A stretch of DNA of 63,552 bases, counting the filler, from Octopus bimaculoides (lineage: Eukaryota): NCBI RefSeq assembly GCF_001194135.2. It is 6 parts of 5 records of this genome, joined end to end, with 100 filler letters (N's around TTAATTAATTAA, not from the genome) between each part and the next. Parts side by side here need not be neighbours in the genome. Positions count along the whole stretch, not along the records: positions 1 to 5,467 come from NC_068996.1; positions 5,568 to 11,677 come from NC_068996.1; positions 11,778 to 16,313 come from NC_069010.1; 3 more parts are not named here. One strand, written 5' to 3'. Below, piece by piece: positions 1-13,479 of this stretch (position 1 is its first letter; every line of letters begins with the position of its first letter). The notes below the pieces were generated by a model that was not told where the DNA came from, did not search any database, and worked only from the letters and a program-made list of their open reading frames with translations. Position numbers and translations under genes: made by a program.

Positions 1-79
1 CTTCACCACCTCAGCCCAGGTCTTCATGGGCCTACCTCTTATATATATATATTATACACACACACGTATGTACATACAA

Positions 80-136
<57 letters not shown>

Positions 137-1174
137 TACACACTCATGTATATGGATAGATTTACATTTATACACTACCACAAGGTGTAGCCTTGGGCCA
201 TGTGTGGATTTGGTAGATGGAAACTGAAAGAAGTCTGTCATATATCCATATACTAATAAAAGTGAAGTTCAATCTTGCTTACTTGCTTGCAATGCTACGC
301 AACCAAACTGGCACATAATAGGAAAATACTATGAATTAAGTTGGCCCTGAAATGTTAATATGAATGGAATAAAACAGGTTTTGCGTAAATCAGACCAGTA
401 CTTATTGAGATATTCAGGGTTCGGGGGTATAAATACCCAAAACAGTGCATAATGGGAAAATATTCCAAATATAACTTCATCTTGAAAGAGGAGAAACTCT
501 ACCTTTCGATCAGACACAGTGATTTGACAACAAAAAAATACAATTTGTTTTTTACAGTAAATGTTTCTATTTTCGCTTTTGTTAAACACAATATTTTAAT
601 CATTTAGGAATAATTTTAAGTGAATGTGATTTCAAAAATGTAAGTTGCTTGTACAGTAAGTATTTATATTTTAGCTTTCTTTAAACAGACAATATTTTAA
701 TGTTCTTTTTAATTGTTTTCAAGTGAATACCATTATAAAGTTTTATTTTGGCATATCTAAAAAATATTGTGGAATGAAAATGACTTTAAAAATATGGTAA
801 ATATTTCATAAAAGACCTGTTTGTAACCTCAGTGAAATAATTTTTTCCATAGGTTTTTTTCAACTGCATTCAATATATCTTACCTCCAAGGATTTGGCTG
901 CTGTTTCTAGCATGTCCTGCTGCCACATAACAGCTATTTATGATAAAAGACCTGAAATACTTGTTACGTGGTAGCAGGGCATGCAAGAAGTAGCAGCCAA
1001 ATCTTTCCTTTTTGGGGAAAGGAGCTGTTTACGCGTGATTTTGATGTCACATTCATTAAAAGCATGTGAAATAACATGAAAAAGAAATAAAATCCTTGAA
1101 ACAAAACTGTATTGCTGAGAAACTCAGACTTTTGCAGTGATCCAACAGGTCACAGGTAGTCTAGTTGTTTTTTT

Positions 1175-1208
<34 letters not shown>

Positions 1209-1211
<3 letters not shown>

Positions 1212-1612
1212 CCACACCCTAACAGTTGAGGGAACCCGTGGAAGAGGTAGGCCCATGAAGACCTGGGCTGAGGTGGTGAAGCAAGACCTTCGTACATTGG
1301 GCCTCACCTAGGCGATGACTACTGACCGAGACCTTTGGAAGTGTGCTGTGCGGGAGNNNNNNNNNNNNNNNNNNNNNNNNNNNNNNNNNNNNNNNNNNNN
1401 NNNNNNNNNNNNNNNNNNACTGGCCTTCATGCAGGTGACACGTAAAAGCACCTACTACACTCTCTGAGTGGTTGGCGTTAGGAAGGGCATCCAGCTGTAG
1501 AAACTCTGCCAAATTTAGATTGGAGCCTGGTGTTGCCATCCGGTTTCACCAGTCCTCAGTCAAATCGTCCAACCCATGCTAGCATGGAAAGCGGACGTTA
1601 AACGATGATGAT
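1209..1612 (+). mobile_element. RTE-like LINE 3' end plus 3' UTR ending in (GAT)n
   Basis: Encodes the GRGRPxKTWAEVVKQDLRTLGLT-type C-terminus also found at 5568-5740. The UTR tail recurs at about 3601-3700 (-), 8360-8560, 13070-13460 (-) and 13480-14280. A minus-strand copy of the ORF end lies at 1-40. Confidence 0.8.
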
Positions 1613-1613
1613 G

Positions 1614-1690
<77 letters not shown>

Positions 1691-1697
1691 TTATATC

Positions 1698-1730
<33 letters not shown>

Positions 1731-1767
1731 TTTTACAAATTTGTATGAATGTGTATAGAATAATATG

Positions 1768-2366
1768 TCAGTTGAACAAAATTAAAACATGGTCTGGTTT
1801 TCATGTTTTTTATCATGGTATTTTAACATTAAAGAAATATATTTTGTAATGTTCATAAAGCTCAGTTAGTGCTTTCATACGTTCATAGTAATCATCAGAT
1901 TTCAAAATGTTTTTAACTGACAGTTGAGTTCTTGACAAGTGTAGTACCTCTTATAATGCTCCAGCAAGCTGAATTTTTGGAATTGGTTTTGGCCAATCTG
2001 CATGCAACTTATACTTCATGGTTTGCTGGGTGTACCGATATTACTGGCATAGATCCTGTCTCTATTTTAACCAATTAGTTTGCTGTTTAAATGTAATGGT
2101 TTTATGAGTGAGTAAACTTGGTTTCAATTGTTTTTATTTCAGTTGGTGGGAGTTTTCTGTAATTTGTTTATATTCATATGTTAAAGATATTTTTCAATCC
2201 AAATCATTAACTGGTTGTTACATTATTGTTGTTATTTCTGTTCAGAACAGGTTTCAACATTTTAATAAACCGTTTTTATGAACATTACAAAATATATCTT
2301 TTTAATATTAAAATACTATAATAAAAGATGTGAAAACCAGACCTTGTTTTAACTTTATTCAACTGA
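1768..2366. mobile_element. MITE-like element with ~92-bp imperfect terminal inverted repeats
   Basis: 1768-1859 is the diverged reverse complement of 2275-2366. The interior is AT-rich and non-coding. TSD not resolved. Confidence 0.65.
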
Positions 2367-2375
2367 TATATACAT

Positions 2376-3252
2376 ATATTACTCAAAGCTTTTGATGAAA
2401 TAGAGGAGGCTATAGCATCACATGATGTGGAAGACAACTGCAGGTTTCTACAGGACAACCTGCTGAGGGCCACTGACCAGATATGTAGATGGTGCAAAAT
2501 CCCCTCTTGACCCAAGATAACATGGTGGTCAAACAATGTTATTGACAGAGCCATTAGGGAAAAGAAACAGGCTTGGAAGGACTGGAGGAATGGTGGTAGC
2601 AGGGAATTGTATCAGACTGCCAGAAGGGAAGCTAGGAGACATGTTTATTTAGCCAGAGGGGAAGCAGATAAGAAAGATTTGCCAATGTTCTGTGCCGTGA
2701 GAACCAAAGACTTGAGGTATTTTGTGTTGCAAGACAGTGTGTGAGAGAGAATCGTGATGCCGTCGGAGAGAAATGTGTCCACATGGATGATGGTTTGCCT
2801 GCATTAAACGAGGCTACAAAGAGAGAGGTTTGGAGACGCCACTATGAAAGGTTGCTAAATAGAAAGAATGAATGGAAGAAAGAGAGTCTGCCAAATGCCG
2901 ACTCAACAGAGGGGCCAGCTATCCTAATTGACAGTACCTTGGTAGATAAAGCAATTAAGGGTATGAAGACAGGGAAAGCCCCCAGCCCATCAGGAATCTC
3001 CACAGAGATGCTCAAAATATTTGATGGTGTCGGCTATAGCCTAGTCACCCATATAGTTAACCAGGTGATACACGAAGGAGTCATACCCAATGACTGGTGT
3101 AGCAGCATCATAGTCAACTGCTGCAAAGGTAAAGGTGATGCTTTAGATACAAATAATTACAGAGGTATTAAGTTGTTGGATCAGGTAATGAAGGTCACGG
3201 AGAGGGTCATAGTCCAACTAATTAGGGAGAGAGCTTAGATGAGATGCAGTTT
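2376..3252 (+). mobile_element. Truncated RTE-like LINE fragment (linker and start of RT domain)
   Basis: ORF 2741-3238 has GKAPSPSGISTEML, IPNDWCSSIIVNCCKGKGDALDTNNYRGIKLL, typical non-LTR RT N-terminal motifs. Near-identical to 10160-11090. Confidence 0.9.
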
Positions 3253-3550
3253 GGGATGTGAGGGTGGGGATTGGGTGTGGGGTGATGATATGGTGGTGAA
3301 GATGTTGGGGTAGGGTATGTGGGAGTGGGGAGTCGGGATGTGGTGGATGGAAGGGGTATCAATGAAGAGAGAAGGTGGGTAAGAGTGAAGAGAGGAAATA
3401 GGTGTCAGAACAAGAGAGGAGAGGAGTCAGATGAAGAGGGTGAGTTGAGCCCATGTAGCACAAAGGAGTGAAGAGAGAAGATTAATTCCTGTTCACGGTG
3501 AAGGCAGGAGTCCAGATGGCCCCTGTGCAAAGACAATCTGAACACTCTTC
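3253..3550 (-). mobile_element. Penelope-like element 3' fragment (GIY-YIG endonuclease C-terminus plus C-rich 3' region)
   Basis: Minus strand translates RVFRLSLHRGHLDSCLHREQELIFSLHSFVLHGLN, matching the EQxLIFxL...GLN end of PLE GIY-YIG domains. Too short for the ORF track. Confidence 0.7.
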
Positions 3551-4118
3551 TATATATGTGTATGTGCGTGTGTATGTTTGTACATATATATATATATATA
3601 TCATCATCATCGTTTAACGTCCGCTTTCCATGCTAGCATGGGTTGGACGATTTGACTGAGGACTGGTGCAACCGGATGGCTACACCAGGCTCCAATCTAA
3701 TGCATGCCAATGTATGTACATCTATGCCTGTGCATGCATGAATGTGTGTGCATATGCTCTTAACATTTTCAATGATCAATGAAATCATTTTATTGAATAT
3801 AACATATATGCCTATTTTCTTGTGTGTGTGTGTGTGTGAAATTGATAAGTAAATTTACGATAAAAATTTGATTTCATTTTCATTCTCATGAATTGAGAGT
3901 TCACTACAGTCTGCCACCTCTGACTGTCACTCACTGCCACTCTGTTGTTTTACTCTTCTTTCCCTAGCATCTTTGGAGCAAGACCTTTAAAAGCTGTCAC
4001 CTGCGTTAACATTTCTCCCTATCACCCATTCCCTCTTTGTCTGTTGTTTTACTATTCTTTGCCTTCAGCATGACCGACAGGTTCACACTAAACGTTTTAT
4101 TATATACGAAGATGTATA

Positions 4119-5016
4119 TGCTGTCTGATCAATAAGTATCCGGACTGTTGCAATAGTAATGAAACTAAAGCACTCAGAGTGAAACCTCTTGGCAAAGATT
4201 GACCTTGAACTCTGCTGTGCATGTGCACTAAGTTTTAACATTCTAGTTCATTTCCGCTGTTTACAGCCGTGCTTGGTAGGAAGGTGTGTAGCGTGTGATC
4301 GTCGCATTGATCATGACAGAGAAAGTTGTCAAAGCGATACCTGCTCAGAGGCCTACACAAAGTTGCAGAGAGTATAGGGAAAGGAGTGTATGAGCCGCAT
4401 ACAAGTGTACGAGTGTTTCAGACGTTTCCAAGATGGCCGAAAAAATGTCAATATTAACAAACGTTCTGGGAGACCCGCAACCAGCACAACTGAGAAAAAC
4501 ATCACAGATGTGTGTGCAGCTGTGAGGGGGAAATTATCGAATCACCATCCGTGAGTTATCAGAGGATGTGCAGATTAGTTACGGTTCAGTTCAGTCCATT
4601 ATCGCTGGAGATTTGGGTATGAGACGCGTGTCTGCTAAGTTTGTGCCAAAACTGCTTTCAGCTGACCAAAAAGACACACAGGTTTCAGTCACACAAGATC
4701 TCTCCTTGCTTGTGTTGAGAATGATGAAAACATTTTGAAATATTTGCGTAGGCCTCTGAGCGGGTATTGCCAAGCTTTTGACAAAATTTGATGCGGATTC
4801 TCTGCTCAACTTTCTCTGTCATGGTCAATGAAACGATCACATGCTATATACCTTCCTTCCAAGCAATACTGTGGACAGCTGAAGCAAGCTAGTACGTTGA
4901 AACTGAGTGCGCATGCACAACATAGCTCAAGGTCAATCTGTTCCAAGCAGCTTCATTCTGCATGCTTTAGCTTCCTTACTATGGCAACAGTCCGGATACT
5001 TATTGATCAGACCACG
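4119..5016 (+). mobile_element. Non-autonomous mariner derivative with ~250-275-bp inverted arms and TA target duplication
   Basis: TA at 4117-4118 and 5017-5018. Termini TCTGATCAATAAGTATCCGGACTGTTGC are inverted. The interior encodes a decayed mariner N-terminal HTH region (QVYECFRRFQDG..., MRRVSAKFVPKLL). Confidence 0.85.
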
Positions 5017-5417
5017 TACATATATTTATATAATAAGAATAAAAACGGGATTCAAAAACCCTGGCAGATATCAATAAAGCACTCAATTTTTAATGAATGT
5101 GGTCAACTATAACAAACAATCGGACACCAATCAATGCAAGTAGAATAAACATCCAAGGTAATTTCTTTTGTATGACAAGTAGATCCAAATATCATTTAGA
5201 AGAATTTTGAAAAAATTCAGAGTATCAGACAACAGAATACAGATAGAGATAATCACATCTTTAATTGCAGAATTTACCATACAACGCTGACGATCATTTC
5301 TGTTACATCAACATATTTATGGTAAATTCTACAATTAAAGATGTGATTGTGTCTATTTTATTGTATCTTTATTATATTATATTATATTATATTATATTAT
5401 ATTATATCATATCATAT

Positions 5418-5467
<50 letters not shown>

Positions 5468-5567
5468 NNNNNNNNNNNNNNNNNNNNNNNNNNNNNNNNN
5501 NNNNNNNNNNNTTAATTAATTAANNNNNNNNNNNNNNNNNNNNNNNNNNNNNNNNNNNNNNNNNNNN

Positions 5568-6577
5568 GAAGTCATTGCCTCGGTGAGGCCCAATGTTCGA
5601 AGGTCGTGCCTCACCACCTCATTCCAGGTCTTCCTGGGCCTACCTCTTCCACAGGTTCCCTCAACTGCTAGGGTGTGGCACTTTTTCACACAGCTATCCT
5701 CATCCATTCTTGCTACATGACCATACCAGCGCAATCATCTCTGATGCTTCGTAAGTTCAACTTTTCTCTCAAGGTACTTACACTCTGTCTAGTATGCACA
5801 CTGACATTACACATCCATCGGAGCATACTGGCTTCATTCCTTGTGAGCCTACGCATGTCCTCAGCAGTCACGGCCCATGTTTCACTGCCATGTAGCATGG
5901 CAGTTCAAACACATACGTCATACAGTCTACCTTTTACTCTGAGCGAGAGGCCCTTTGTCACCAACAAAGATAAGAGCTCTCTGAACTTTGCCCAGGCTAT
6001 TCTTATTCTATCAGCTACACTTTCAGCGCACCCTCCCCCACTACTAACTTGGTCACCTATATATCAGAAGCTATCAACTACATCTAGTTTTTCTCCCTGG
6101 AATGTGGCAGAAGTTCTTTTTGGCACATTTACAGTGTTTATAGCTCCTGAACATCTGCTACATACAAAAACTAACTTCCTAGTTAACCTTCCTTTGATAT
6201 TGCTGTACCTCTTATGTGTCCATAGCTTCCACTGAGTGCATCTTATAGAGTTTCTACCTATGCCTTTTCTACAAATCGAGCAGGGCCATCTACCTGAAGG
6301 AGTTTGTGTTTTGTCTACTTCCTACTTATTAGGACTTTGGTTTTAGCTAGGTTGACTCTAAGGCCCTTCGATTCTAGTCCTTGCTTCCACACCTGAAACT
6401 TCTCCTCCAGTCCTGATAGTAACTCAGCAATTAGTGCAAGGTCATCAGCGTAGAGGAGCTCCCAGGGGCATCCTGTCTTGAATTCCTCTGTTATTGCCTG
6501 GAGGACTATGATAAATAGGAGGGGGCTGAGGACTGAACCTTGGTGGACCCCTACCTCTACCCAGAATTCTTCACTAT
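5568..6577 (-). mobile_element. RTE-like LINE 3' half (RT core to ORF end), decayed
   Basis: VGVHQGSVLSPLLFIIVLQ...LLYADDLALIAE RT motifs, then MLHGSETWAV and RWYGHVARMDE...GRGRPRKTW, in several frames. Confidence 0.92.
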
Positions 6578-7182
6578 ATATATATATATATATNNNNNNN
6601 NNNNNNNNNNNNNNNNNNNNNNNNNNNNNNNNNNNNNNNNNNNNNNNNNNNNNNNNNNNNNNNNNNNNNNNNNNNNNNNNNNNNNNNNNNNNNNNNNNNN
6701 NNNNNNNNNNNNNNNNNNNNNNNNNNNNNNNNNNNNNNNNNNNNNNNNNNNNNNNNNNNNNNNNNNNNNNNNNNNNNNNNNNNNNNNNNNNNNNNNNNNN
6801 NNNNNNNNNNNNNNNNNNNNNNNNNNNNNNNNNNNNNNNNNNNNNNNNNNNNNNNNNNNNNNNNNNNNNNNNNNNNNNNNNNNNNNNNNNNNNNNNNNNN
6901 NNNNNNNNNNNNNNNNNNNNNNNNNNNNNNNNNNNNNNNNNNNNNNNNNNNNNNNNCTTATAAAACCTTTCTTCCGCCTCTTTAATTTTCTCTGTCATTT
7001 GTACTCTGTGTAAGCTGAATCTATTAATATAAACATCTATATATTTATACTTAAATATTCATCACCTGAAAGTCTCCACCTTTTGCTTTCTCACATTTTG
7101 TATGTATACATATATACATATTTTGTTTTTCATACCCAAACTGTTATTTTAAATATATTTAATTTGTTTATCTGCATAATTG

Positions 7183-7229
<47 letters not shown>

Positions 7230-7240
7230 ATCTATCTCTA

Positions 7241-7273
<33 letters not shown>

Positions 7274-7729
7274 TATGTACTTCATTTTTGTATCTGGTTT
7301 TCAAGACTCTTTATTGAACTCGTGTGTTGAAGCAAATTATGTTGAGTCTGGGGAGAGTCATGCAACATTATCTAACATACTCACCAATTTCCACTCATAC
7401 ATTATTTACTTTTTTCTTCAAAATTTTCGTTGCATGTCAATGGATGTTGATTCTGTCCGTTATTGGAGCTATGTTCTTTTCTGTCCATTTGTGTGCATGT
7501 GTGTGCATCAGTGTGCATGTATGCTTGTGTATGCACATATGTATGTATGTATTCTGCATACTCATGTGTTTGTGTGTGTGTATTAGTGTGTGTACCTCTG
7601 TCTCCTTGTGTGTGTGCATTCATGTGAATCTATGTGTATGGGTTTTTGTGACTATGTATGTGAATTTGTTATGTAGGGATGTGTCTCCGTATATGTGTAT
7701 GCATGTCATTATGTGTATATTACATATTG

Positions 7730-7836
7730 CTGGTGGCCAAGATCAAGAAGGTATTGAAAGATCTTCCCAGAGACATGTCAGGTTCCAGAGCCATCTTCAG
7801 GCTGTAGTGGAAGCTGAGGATGGCTACTTTCAGTAA
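7730..7836 (+). mobile_element. Tc1/mariner-superfamily (maT-like) transposase C-terminal fragment
   Basis: Translates LVAKIKKVLKDLPRDM, then after a frameshift VRFQSHLQAVVEAEDGYFQ*, the typical Tc1/maT C-terminus. Confidence 0.6.
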
Positions 7837-9375
7837 ACTATTATCTCCCAACTATGATGTAATTATATATTTTTAGAATGACATTGCAAGGTAGGTGTGA
7901 AAGCCTGATCTGGTCAATTTGAACATATAAATGGTAGAATATTTGGACTGGATATAGCCAGTTTGAATGCTAAAGGGTTAAAATACTTTTATCTCTGGAT
8001 GGAATATTGTGTTTTCCTTTCTTTTTATGCAAACTGTTTTAGCCCAAACATTCACTATATACAATAGGGACTCCTGTCATTAGACAATGGATGGAGGTTC
8101 TGTAAAACATTCATACACATGATTTGTTTATAGTAAACAAATGTTTGTTTATATACATGCAGTCCCTCTATCAATCGATATTGCCTGAATAGGTGCACAA
8201 ATGTTCCACTATCAGATGCTGAAATTATCACAGAGCAGTGAAATGAAGTATCTTGCTCAAGAACACAAACCACCACCCAATCAGGATAATCAAAGTCACA
8301 ATCTTGCAATCATAAGTGTGACACCCTAACCACTAGGTCATGTGCCTAAGCACTGGTGATGGTGCTATGTGAAAAGCACTGGTGATGATTTCGCGTAAAA
8401 AGCATCCAGTACACCCTGTAAGGGGACGAGCATTAGGAAGAACAACCAGCTGTAGAAAACATGCCAAAACAGACAATAGGACCTGCTTTACCAGCTCCTG
8501 TCAAACTACCCAGTTCATGCCAGCATGAAAAACAGACATTAAACGATGATGATGGTGATGATGATGATGATGATGATGATGACTATTGTCATTATGATCA
8601 TCATTGTCATTGTCATTAAAAACGCAGAAATTAAATGTAGCACAAAAGCACAAAAATAGACAACTTTAAAATAAAATAAAAACAAAGAACCAGGCCAAAA
8701 AAACAATAAGAATATCTTTTAAAAAATTAAAAGAGAAAAATATTTGAATGAAAGGAAGAGAGTATCACATAACAGAGTAAATTTCTCCATTTATATTTAA
8801 GTTTATTTCCTCGGAGTATTTGCTTTTCTCAAAATAGATGTGAAAAGTCAAAATGACATGATACATATCCAATATGTCCGCCTTCATATTTTTATAGTGA
8901 TGAGCTTGTAATCAATCTCACTAATCCTGCATCTGCAAGATGATAGTCATGCAAATAAACAAGGAAAAAAAGAAACAAAAATAAAAATAAATTAAAAGGA
9001 AAAGTTTATTGTTGTTTTTGTGGTTGTTGTCTTACAGGCGGAATAAATGATTGAACGAACTGTGTATGTTGTAGAAATAATAAACCAAACACACACAGGC
9101 GCATAACTATGTATGCATGCAGGCATGCATTTATCTATGTATGCATGCATGCATGCATGTATGTATGTATGTTTGTGTATGTGCGAATATATATATGTAT
9201 GCATGTATAAATGTATTTATGTATATATGTATGTATATATTTATACACAGACCCATACACACACATACATATACTCTGTGTGTGTGTGCATATATATTTT
9301 TGTGAACATGTGCATATATATTTTTGTGAACATGTGCATATATAAATGCGAGCTTTCTTTTCAGGTACATGATGT

Positions 9376-11405
9376 TGCTGTCCCCCATCCCAGAGTCTCA
9401 CAGGCCCACACCTCCCACACCCTCAGAGCTGTCACATTTAATGTTGGCACACTGAAAGTTAGGTCTGATGAGATTGTTGAGATGCTTGAACAGAGATGTG
9501 TAGATTTGTGCTGCATCCAAGGAGAAAGGTGAAGAGGAAATTCTGATAGGTTCCTCACAGGCAAAAGATTTTCTGGTCGGGGCATGGGTATACTTCTTGT
9601 GGAGAAATGGGTTGATAAGGTAATCGAGGTAGTCAGAGTATGCGATAGAATACTTAAAATTAGATTAGTGTTACATCATGGGTTAGTAACCATTATCTTG
9701 GCTTATGTCCCTCAGCCAGGGCTACCTGATGATCAGAAAGACCAATTTTATGACACCTTCTTGTAGACTACCTCATTGGTGAATGACAGGGACCTTCTCT
9801 TTGTGGCTGGCAACTTCAATGGGCATGTTGGACAACATGCAGGGGACTTCCATGGCGTACATGGAAACTATGGTTTTGGTTTCCACAATGAGGGAACCAG
9901 GCTGCTGGAGTTCTGTGATGCAAAAGATCTTACCGATCTGGTGGACACACTAGTCAAATTGACTACATCCTCACCAAGAAACAGGAAAGATGACTACTTA
10001 TAAATGCCAAAACCTTCCCAGGTGAAGAATGCACCCCACATCATAGATTTGTAGTGAGCAACTTCAGGATCAGGGCTAAATGGATGCCCAGAAGGTGACC
10101 AGCATGGAGAAGAAGAGTCTGGAAGTTTAAGGATCTTGCAAATGGACAGAGATTTAGAGACGTATTACTTGAAGCTTTTGACAAAATAGAGGGGGATATA
10201 GCATCACATGATGTGGAAGACAACTGGAGGTATCTACAGGACAACTTGTTGAGGGCTACTGACCATATCTGTGGATGGTGTAAAGTCCCCCTCTCAACCC
10301 AAGGTAACAACATTGTTCCACCACCATGTTACCTTGGGTCAACAGGAAGACTTTGCACCATCCACAGATATGATCAGTAGCCCTCAACAGGTTGTCCTAT
10401 TAGAGAAAAGAAACAGGCATGGAAGGACTGGAAGAATGGTGGTAGCAGAGAATTGTATCAGACTGCCAGAAGGGAAGCTAGGAGACAGGTTTACTGAGCC
10501 AGAGGTGAAGCAGATAAGAAACAATTTGCCAGTGTTCTAAGTCGTGAGGACCAAAGACTTGAGGTGTTTCGTGTTGCAAGATAGTGTGTGAGAGAGAATT
10601 GTGATGTCATAGGAGAGAAATGTGTCTGCATGGATAATGGCTCACTTGCATTTAATGAGGCTGCAAAGAGAGAGACTTGGAGACACCATTATGAAAGGTT
10701 GCTAAATGAAGAGAATGAATGGGAGAAAGAGAGTCTGCCGATCAAACAGAAGGACCAGCTATCCTAGTTGACAGTACCATGGTAGATAATGCTATTAAGA
10801 GTATGAAGACAGGGAAAGCCCCTGGCCCTTCAGGAATCACTGCAGAGTTGCTCAAAATATCTGGCAGTGTCGGCTATTGTCTAGTCACCAGTATTGTAAA
10901 TCGGGCAATACATGCAGGAGTCATACCCAATGACTGGTGTAGCAGCAACATAGTCAACTGCTAGAAAGGTAAAGGTAGTGCATTAGATACGAATATATTA
11001 CAGAGGTATCAAGTTATTGGATCAGGTAATGGAAGTCACAGAGAGGGTCATTGCCCAACTAATTAGGGAGAGAGTCAGTCTAGACGAGATGCATTTTGGG
11101 TATGTGTCAGTGAAAAGCACCACCAATGTTATATTTCTTATAAGACAGCTGCAGGAGAAATACCTAGCCAAAGATAAACCTCTATTGTTGACAAGGAGAA
11201 AGCCTTTGACAGGGTCCCCCAATCCCTTATCTGGTGGTCAATGTGGAAACTAGGAATAGATGAATGGTTAGTGAGAGGTGTACAAGCCATGTACAGGGAT
11301 GCTATCAGTAAGGTGAGGTTTGGCAACAAGTACAGTGAAGAATTCCGGGTAGAGGTAGGGGTCCACCAAGGATCAGTCCTCAGCCCCTCTTTATTCATCA
11401 TAGTC
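9376..11405 (+). mobile_element. RTE-like LINE, decayed, APE endonuclease through RT
   Basis: LRAVTFNVGTLK...EIVEMLEQRCVDLCCIQ, GILLVEKWVDKVIEV, AGNFNGHVG (APE), then GKAPGPSG, IPNDW, VGVHQGSVLSP (RT). Many stops and frameshifts. Confidence 0.92.
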
Positions 11406-13479
11406 CTCCAATTAATTATGTATACATACACAAAAGCTGGCGAACTATAAAAGCATTTGTGCTTATATTGTTGATGGGTGATATAAATACAAGTGCTTTT
11501 ATGTACCACAAATCCATATGAGATGTTCTCTCATGGTAAATATATGTTGGATTGTCGGTATGGCTGTTTTTGTATATGTGGAATAGTATTGTTGAATTGT
11601 TGGTATGGCTGTGGAATAGTATTATAACACATCCTTTTGATATATATATATATATCATCATCATCATCATCATCGTTNNNNNNNNNNNNNNNNNNNNNNN
11701 NNNNNNNNNNNNNNNNNNNNNTTAATTAATTAANNNNNNNNNNNNNNNNNNNNNNNNNNNNNNNNNNNNNNNNNNNNTTAATATCATTTTGTTTATTTGT
11801 GGTGGGGAAGGGGCAAAAAAAATCTAATTTTTTCATACCTCTCTTAATTCCAAAAGACCCCCAAACACAACATGTAGGGTTATGTTCATCATGAAACAAT
11901 AGTAGAGAAAACACTTTAATTTCAGAGGACGGATGGGAGAGGGGTGTGGTTTTTATTTTTTTGTTTTTTTTTTGAAAAATTAAAATTTTACAAATTTTTT
12001 TTTCAGAGAAAAAAAGAGAAGGAGTCTTGAATCTTTTCAACTAGAGTGAGTTTGGAAATGTCTGTGACTGATTCCTAGGTCATTTGATGTCCATTGATTA
12101 TATTTGTCCCATTTCTGAAGAGATCATTTGTATTGTTTCCCTGGATGGAGCTGTAAGGAAAGTTGATCTAATTATCACTTTAATTATGACTGATCTCTCG
12201 TGTAGTCTCTTGACTAAATACAAGTAGCAGCTAAGTCGTTGTTGTAGTGGAAATGGTACACCCCTCCCATGGGACAAGTGGTATGAGAGAGCCACTATAA
12301 AGTAAGACAACGTTAACCAGTTCGGAGAGTCATGTGTCAGTCGTTGTACAAGTTCTCAGTTGGAATCAAGTGTCAGTTATGTGTTAGAGTCACAGTCAAG
12401 GTAGACGGTTCGAATTTGGTGTCTTGCAGAGTTATTAGAGATAGCATGATAGTTGAAGCAGTGTATTACCATCCTGGTGCAGAAGAGATGCACTGCATTT
12501 GATTCCAAGAAAATATCATGGCTACCAGAGTAAGATACAATACCCACAATCACAACATTGACTGCACATTATGACTGACATCCTCAAATAACACAGAGCT
12601 ATCTTATAAATATGCTTGAATAAAAGATAATTATGACTGAAATGTCATTGTAACCATTTGCCAGATTCTTTTGACTTCCAGAAGTCGGCAGAACTTGCTA
12701 AGACTGCAACAGAGGTTTCTATGTACCAAATCTCTTCTCGAATCACACCCTTATGTTTTAAGGACACATTTGGATAATATGTAGGGCTGGGGTTCTCAAG
12801 GCTGACAAGTATCAGCCCTCTTGCTTCTAAAATATATTGGTGAAGTTTCATCGAGTCAGCTGACACCTATTCATCCAATCAGTTGCCACTTTGACTGTCA
12901 GCTGACATTTCTTATAGATTGGCTCATTTAATGGATTTTTTTTTTTTTTTTTCCCTTCAGGCTTTTGTTTTTAGGACAGTCTCATTTACATTGTGGACAA
13001 CTGGAATTATAGCTTACCCTTTGACATTTAATTTTGGAATTACTACAATGTTTTTCATTATCTGAGTATCATCATGATCATTTAGCGTCTGCTCTCCATG
13101 CTGGCATTGGTTTAACCGGAACTGGTAAGCTGGAGAACTACATCAAGCTCCTGTCTGATTCTGGCTTGGTTTCTACAGCTGGATGCCTTTCCTAATACCA
13201 ACCTCTCCAAGAGTGTAGTGGGTGCATTTTACATATCACCAGCACTAGTGTCTTTCACATATTACTATCCTCGTCATCATCATTTGACATCCGTTTTCTA
13301 TGCTGGCATGAGTTGAGCAGATGTCTGGTAAAGCCAGAAGGCTGCACCAGGCTCCAATCTGATCTGGCAATGTTTCTACAGCTGGATGCCTTACTAACGC
13401 CAACCACTCCAAGAGTGTAGTGGGTGCTTGGGCGCCATTTACGTATCACTGGCATGAGTGCCTTTCACAGTTCACCATC

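Noticed and set aside
12678-12710. Possible 33-nt exon KSAELAKTATE
   Set aside because: Donor GTTTCT is poor and nothing links it to other exons.
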